Shown here piece after piece: positions 59,068 to 64,000 of a stretch of 64,000 bases of DNA (position 1 is its first letter; every line of letters begins with the position of its first letter). The stretch comes from Eledone cirrhosa. Its lineage: Eukaryota. The stretch covers positions 406,844,001-406,908,000 of the forward strand of contig OZ024741.1 of assembly GCA_964016885.1 (NCBI GenBank). The letters run 5' to 3'. The notes under the pieces were generated by a model. That model worked only from the letters and a program-made list of their open reading frames with translations, ran no database searches and had not been told where the DNA came from. Made by a program: the position numbers and the translations under genes.

Positions 59068-62000
59068 ATTCATTAGTTAAGCAAAACAAGACCACAAACT
59101 TCACAAGGAAGACATTATTTAAAGATTGTCAACATATTTTAGTTTGATGAAGGAATGTAGAGAATAATAATAATAATATTAATAATAATAATGTCCGTTT
59201 ACAATTGTTTCGCTACTCCACATAATATTTCTGGATCAGATGACTATATATCATAACTGATCTGGTTCAGTTGAAAATAATTAACATATTTAAAAAAGAG
59301 AGTGGCTCATCGGAACTCAAAGGAATATAAATTAAAATAATGGGATAATGTTACATAATATAATGTTCCATATATTGGTTTTTACTATGGTGTCTTGGTT
59401 GCATCAGCTGTCAGCCATAATCAAGCAGTATTCATCTGTCGAGGCTGCATTGTGTGAGATCTGCCTATGGGTAACAAGATGGCTGCCAAAGTTCATATTT
59501 TCCTTACTAATTAGAGGGTGGTTTCAGGGGAAGTAACTTCTCGAGAGATTAGAGATTGTGAGTATTTATAGTTAAGTGCTAGTTTTTAAATTTTTAATTG
59601 AGAGACAATGTAGAGGAGGTAATGTAGGGAGGTAACTTATAATTATCGAGTTTTTCATAGCAATTTAACTTATTAGCTACAAGTAGAAATGGGGCTACAT
59701 GACTAAGTTGGGTCAAGAACTCTATTGGCGAAGGAATTAGCCTTTCGATGTTGACAGCTAATGGTTACCTCCGTTCTATCGTTAATCGGTAGAGGTCGTG
59801 ATAGAGTTATGTAATATGCTTCCGTAACACTGAGATCACAAGATTTTCTTCGTCCATTGAACGGTTGGGCCCTAGCCACGTTATCCCATTTTAGTGAGTG
59901 TTGAACGTTGTTTAATTTAAGGTTTTTAATGAGCCTAGCTAGCGATGTCGAACATCTGTTGCTAGGGTCTCGGAAGGAAAAAGAGTGCGCGTTATAGCGT
60001 ACCTTAAAAGGGTTAGAGGTAGACCCGATATAAGAGCTGGTATTCGAAGCAGTCTCAACCGTGCACCTATAGACTATGTTGGGTGTCAAGCAGTGTCCAT
60101 TTAATGGGCATGCATTGTGGTAACGGCAGTTGCAGTTGCTTCTGCGGTTAGTGAGAGTAGGGTTGTTTAACCTAAGCGGTAGGTCCGTGCTAGAAGGATT
60201 AGATGGGGGAGGTGTGCTACTAGAGTAATTATTGGTTTAGTGGCGTGGTGTATTTGATAGGGGTGGTGGTACCGCGGTGTGGGAGTTATACTGTCTTAGC
60301 TTATAATGGTTACTGGACACGATGTGTCTAGCTAGGTTAGGTGTTGTAGAGAATGAGATTTTAATGTTATTTTTATTAAAGAGTTTGTAATATCTATGGC
60401 TGGGGGGGGGGGATAGGATAGAGAAAAAGCGTTTGGGGATATTAGTGGCTAGATTAGATGAGAATGGTGGGTTGAGCCAGGTGATATTTCTAGGTCTATT
60501 CCTTCTAGGGTTCTAGTGGAGTTGGTAGGGGTCTTCCTAGGGTTATTATTACCTGGGGATTTGTTATTTGTCATCCCATTTCTCATTCCTATTCTAGGGT
60601 TGATTTTTAGTTTGCTACTTGGAGTGAGGAGCAGGCCGCTGCCACCATTAAAGTTCCCTGTATAGGTGCTGTTACTGCTAAAATTGCAGCGAATCTGGCT
60701 ATATGCTAAGGTATTTCTAGTTCTAGTGTTAAGTTTATTATGGTGAGTTGCTGTGTTATGGCATTTAGGTATGTAATAGATTGATTGTTTATAACCAGAT
60801 TCAAAGAGAGCCTTATTATAATATTGTGCGTGGTTTATAAATATCTCTTCATTTGCTGATAGCATTGAGATCCTATAGGAGATAGATTTGATTACTGCTC
60901 TGATGACTGCCGGTGGGTGGTTAGAGTGTGGGCTAATATATGTGAGTATTTCACCTGGTTTATGGTAAGGGTTAGAAAGGTTATTGTTGAGATCAAGGGT
61001 GACGTCTAGGAAGTTTACTACTTTATGGTTCAGCTCGATGGTGATAGAGAGACCGTTATTTTTAAAGAATCTATGTAATTGTTTCTTTATCAAATCGATT
61101 CCCCGTTTAGTGCAATTGTGGACCGCAAATAGGGCGTCGTCCCTGTATATTCCGCCTTGCATGGTTGGATTTCGGCTCTGATGTTACGTAATAGGTAATC
61201 CCAACTAAATCGGTGATTTGCGCGGAGTCACTTCAGCCCATCGTAATGTCAAAGTTGTCTGTTCTATCTTTTCTAGTCCAGAGTGCTCCGTTGAATTCAT
61301 GATAGTCTGCCTAGCCATAAGTATGATGTTAATCTCATTATTGGTTATGTCCGAGTTGGTGGTGGCTAGGGCTAGTGCTTTGTTGAGCAGTTCCGGGGTT
61401 ATTGACGCGTAATAGCTGTCTATATCAAATTGGATGAACCTCATAGATTGCTTGGACCTTAGATCGGAGAACCATCTGATGACTTGGCCGGTGTTAGACC
61501 ACAACTTGTAGGTGGTATCAGCCCGTAGCCCAGGGATTATCCTATCAAGGATGTTCTTACTGATGCGGCCCAGGTCAGATGTGGTTGGGCTTATGGGTCT
61601 AATGGATGGGATCTCTATAAAGTTTGGCTTGTGATCCTTGAGAGAGAACCTTGGGGTTGTTGGTACATATGGGTGGGTAAATCTATCCAAATGCAAGTCC
61701 TTAACCAAAGCCTGGGCTTTTCGGTAAGTACGTTTACACTGGAGGGTGTAGTTTTTTTTATAGTTTTTATTGAGTTCTTTAATAAGAAAGAGTTGTAAGT
61801 TTCAGGAGTCATGGTGTATAGATTTTTGGTTTTGTCAGACATAACATGTAAGAGGTTGCTATCTTTAAATTTTTTATAGTTGTTGCTAATGTAGTGAGGA
61901 AGTTATTCCTGTGTCTATAATGCTTTTTGAACTTAATGCTCCTGACGAAGTTGAATAGATCTTTCTCAAAAGGGTCTAGCAGGATGTTGTGTGGGGGATT

Positions 62001-62517
62001 CTTGCATGTGGCAAATCCATATCTATGTGCTGTACTTCCGGCGTCAGCAGCAACCGCACGGTCAAAGTGGTACGCTTTCATTCTTATTCTTCGGATGAAG
62101 GAGTTGACACTCTGTATTAAGAGTTTGAGGTATGTCTTCCTGTCCGGGATAGGTATGGATTTAAGTGAGGTTCCTGTTTGCTTAACATGGTGACTTCTAA
62201 CAGTAAATAGCTCAACTACGGGAGCTCAAGTATACACAGTTCAAGAGTAACCAATCTTAAAGAGAGAGATGGAGATAGTAGAGGAGATATGAGAGGAGAG
62301 ATTGTGGTCTTGTTTTGCTTAACTAATGAATATTTACAGCTCTGCGCAACTAACCTCTGCATGAACCCATCCACCTAGCTGCTTTCTACTGCATATTGCA
62401 CATTGAGCACATGCCTTTACGCTTTGGCTTCTAACTAACTCACCAATCTCTCCTCTCATATCTCCTCTACTATCTCCATCTCTCTCTTTAAGATTGGTTA
62501 CTCCTGAACTGTGTATA
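59068..62517 (-). mobile_element. Near full-length decayed Penelope-like element (relative of 31625-36163)
   Basis: Fragments KSIPIP..SFIRRIR, KDHK, QFDI..YY, YRDD, CNCR..CPL and IVYRC..YIGST across 59703-62190. 30-bp inverted repeat at 59068-59097 and 62302-62331. Confidence 0.92.
59197..59316 (-). ncRNA. Hammerhead-like motif with CCGATGA core and ~100-nt stem II
   Basis: gtt-CCGATGA-gccactc[...]gagtagc-GAAAC-aatt-GTA-aac. Confidence 0.65.

Positions 62518-64000
<1,483 letters not shown>

Overview
AT-rich animal genomic DNA made almost entirely of retroelements set in long (TA)n and compound microsatellites. The SINE sequences resemble octopus/cephalopod SINEs, but the host is an inference. 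No host exon, rRNA, tRNA gene or CRISPR array is supportable, and the many 'YIYIYI' ORFs are microsatellite translations. Contents: a decayed Ty3/Gypsy element; a 2.1-kb non-autonomous LTR element with paired 337-bp LTRs, a tRNA-Trp-like PBS and an AACT TSD; a CR1-group LINE; four RTE-group LINE fragments; tRNA-type SINEs; and about nine Penelope-like elements (PLEs; RT + GIY-YIG) of several families. By eye I find about 20 minimal type-I hammerhead ribozyme (HHR) motifs, intact or degenerate. Main observations: (1) an ORF-less ~450-480-nt tandem HHR family (retrozyme-like), one unit of which ends at the predicted self-cleavage site; (2) repeated inverted structures whose outer ends join (TA)n at internal TA microhomologies, suggesting twin priming from both ends of a cut TA microsatellite; (3) HHRs with a CCGAnGA core or a greatly extended stem II. 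Coordinates were read by eye and may be off by a few bases.
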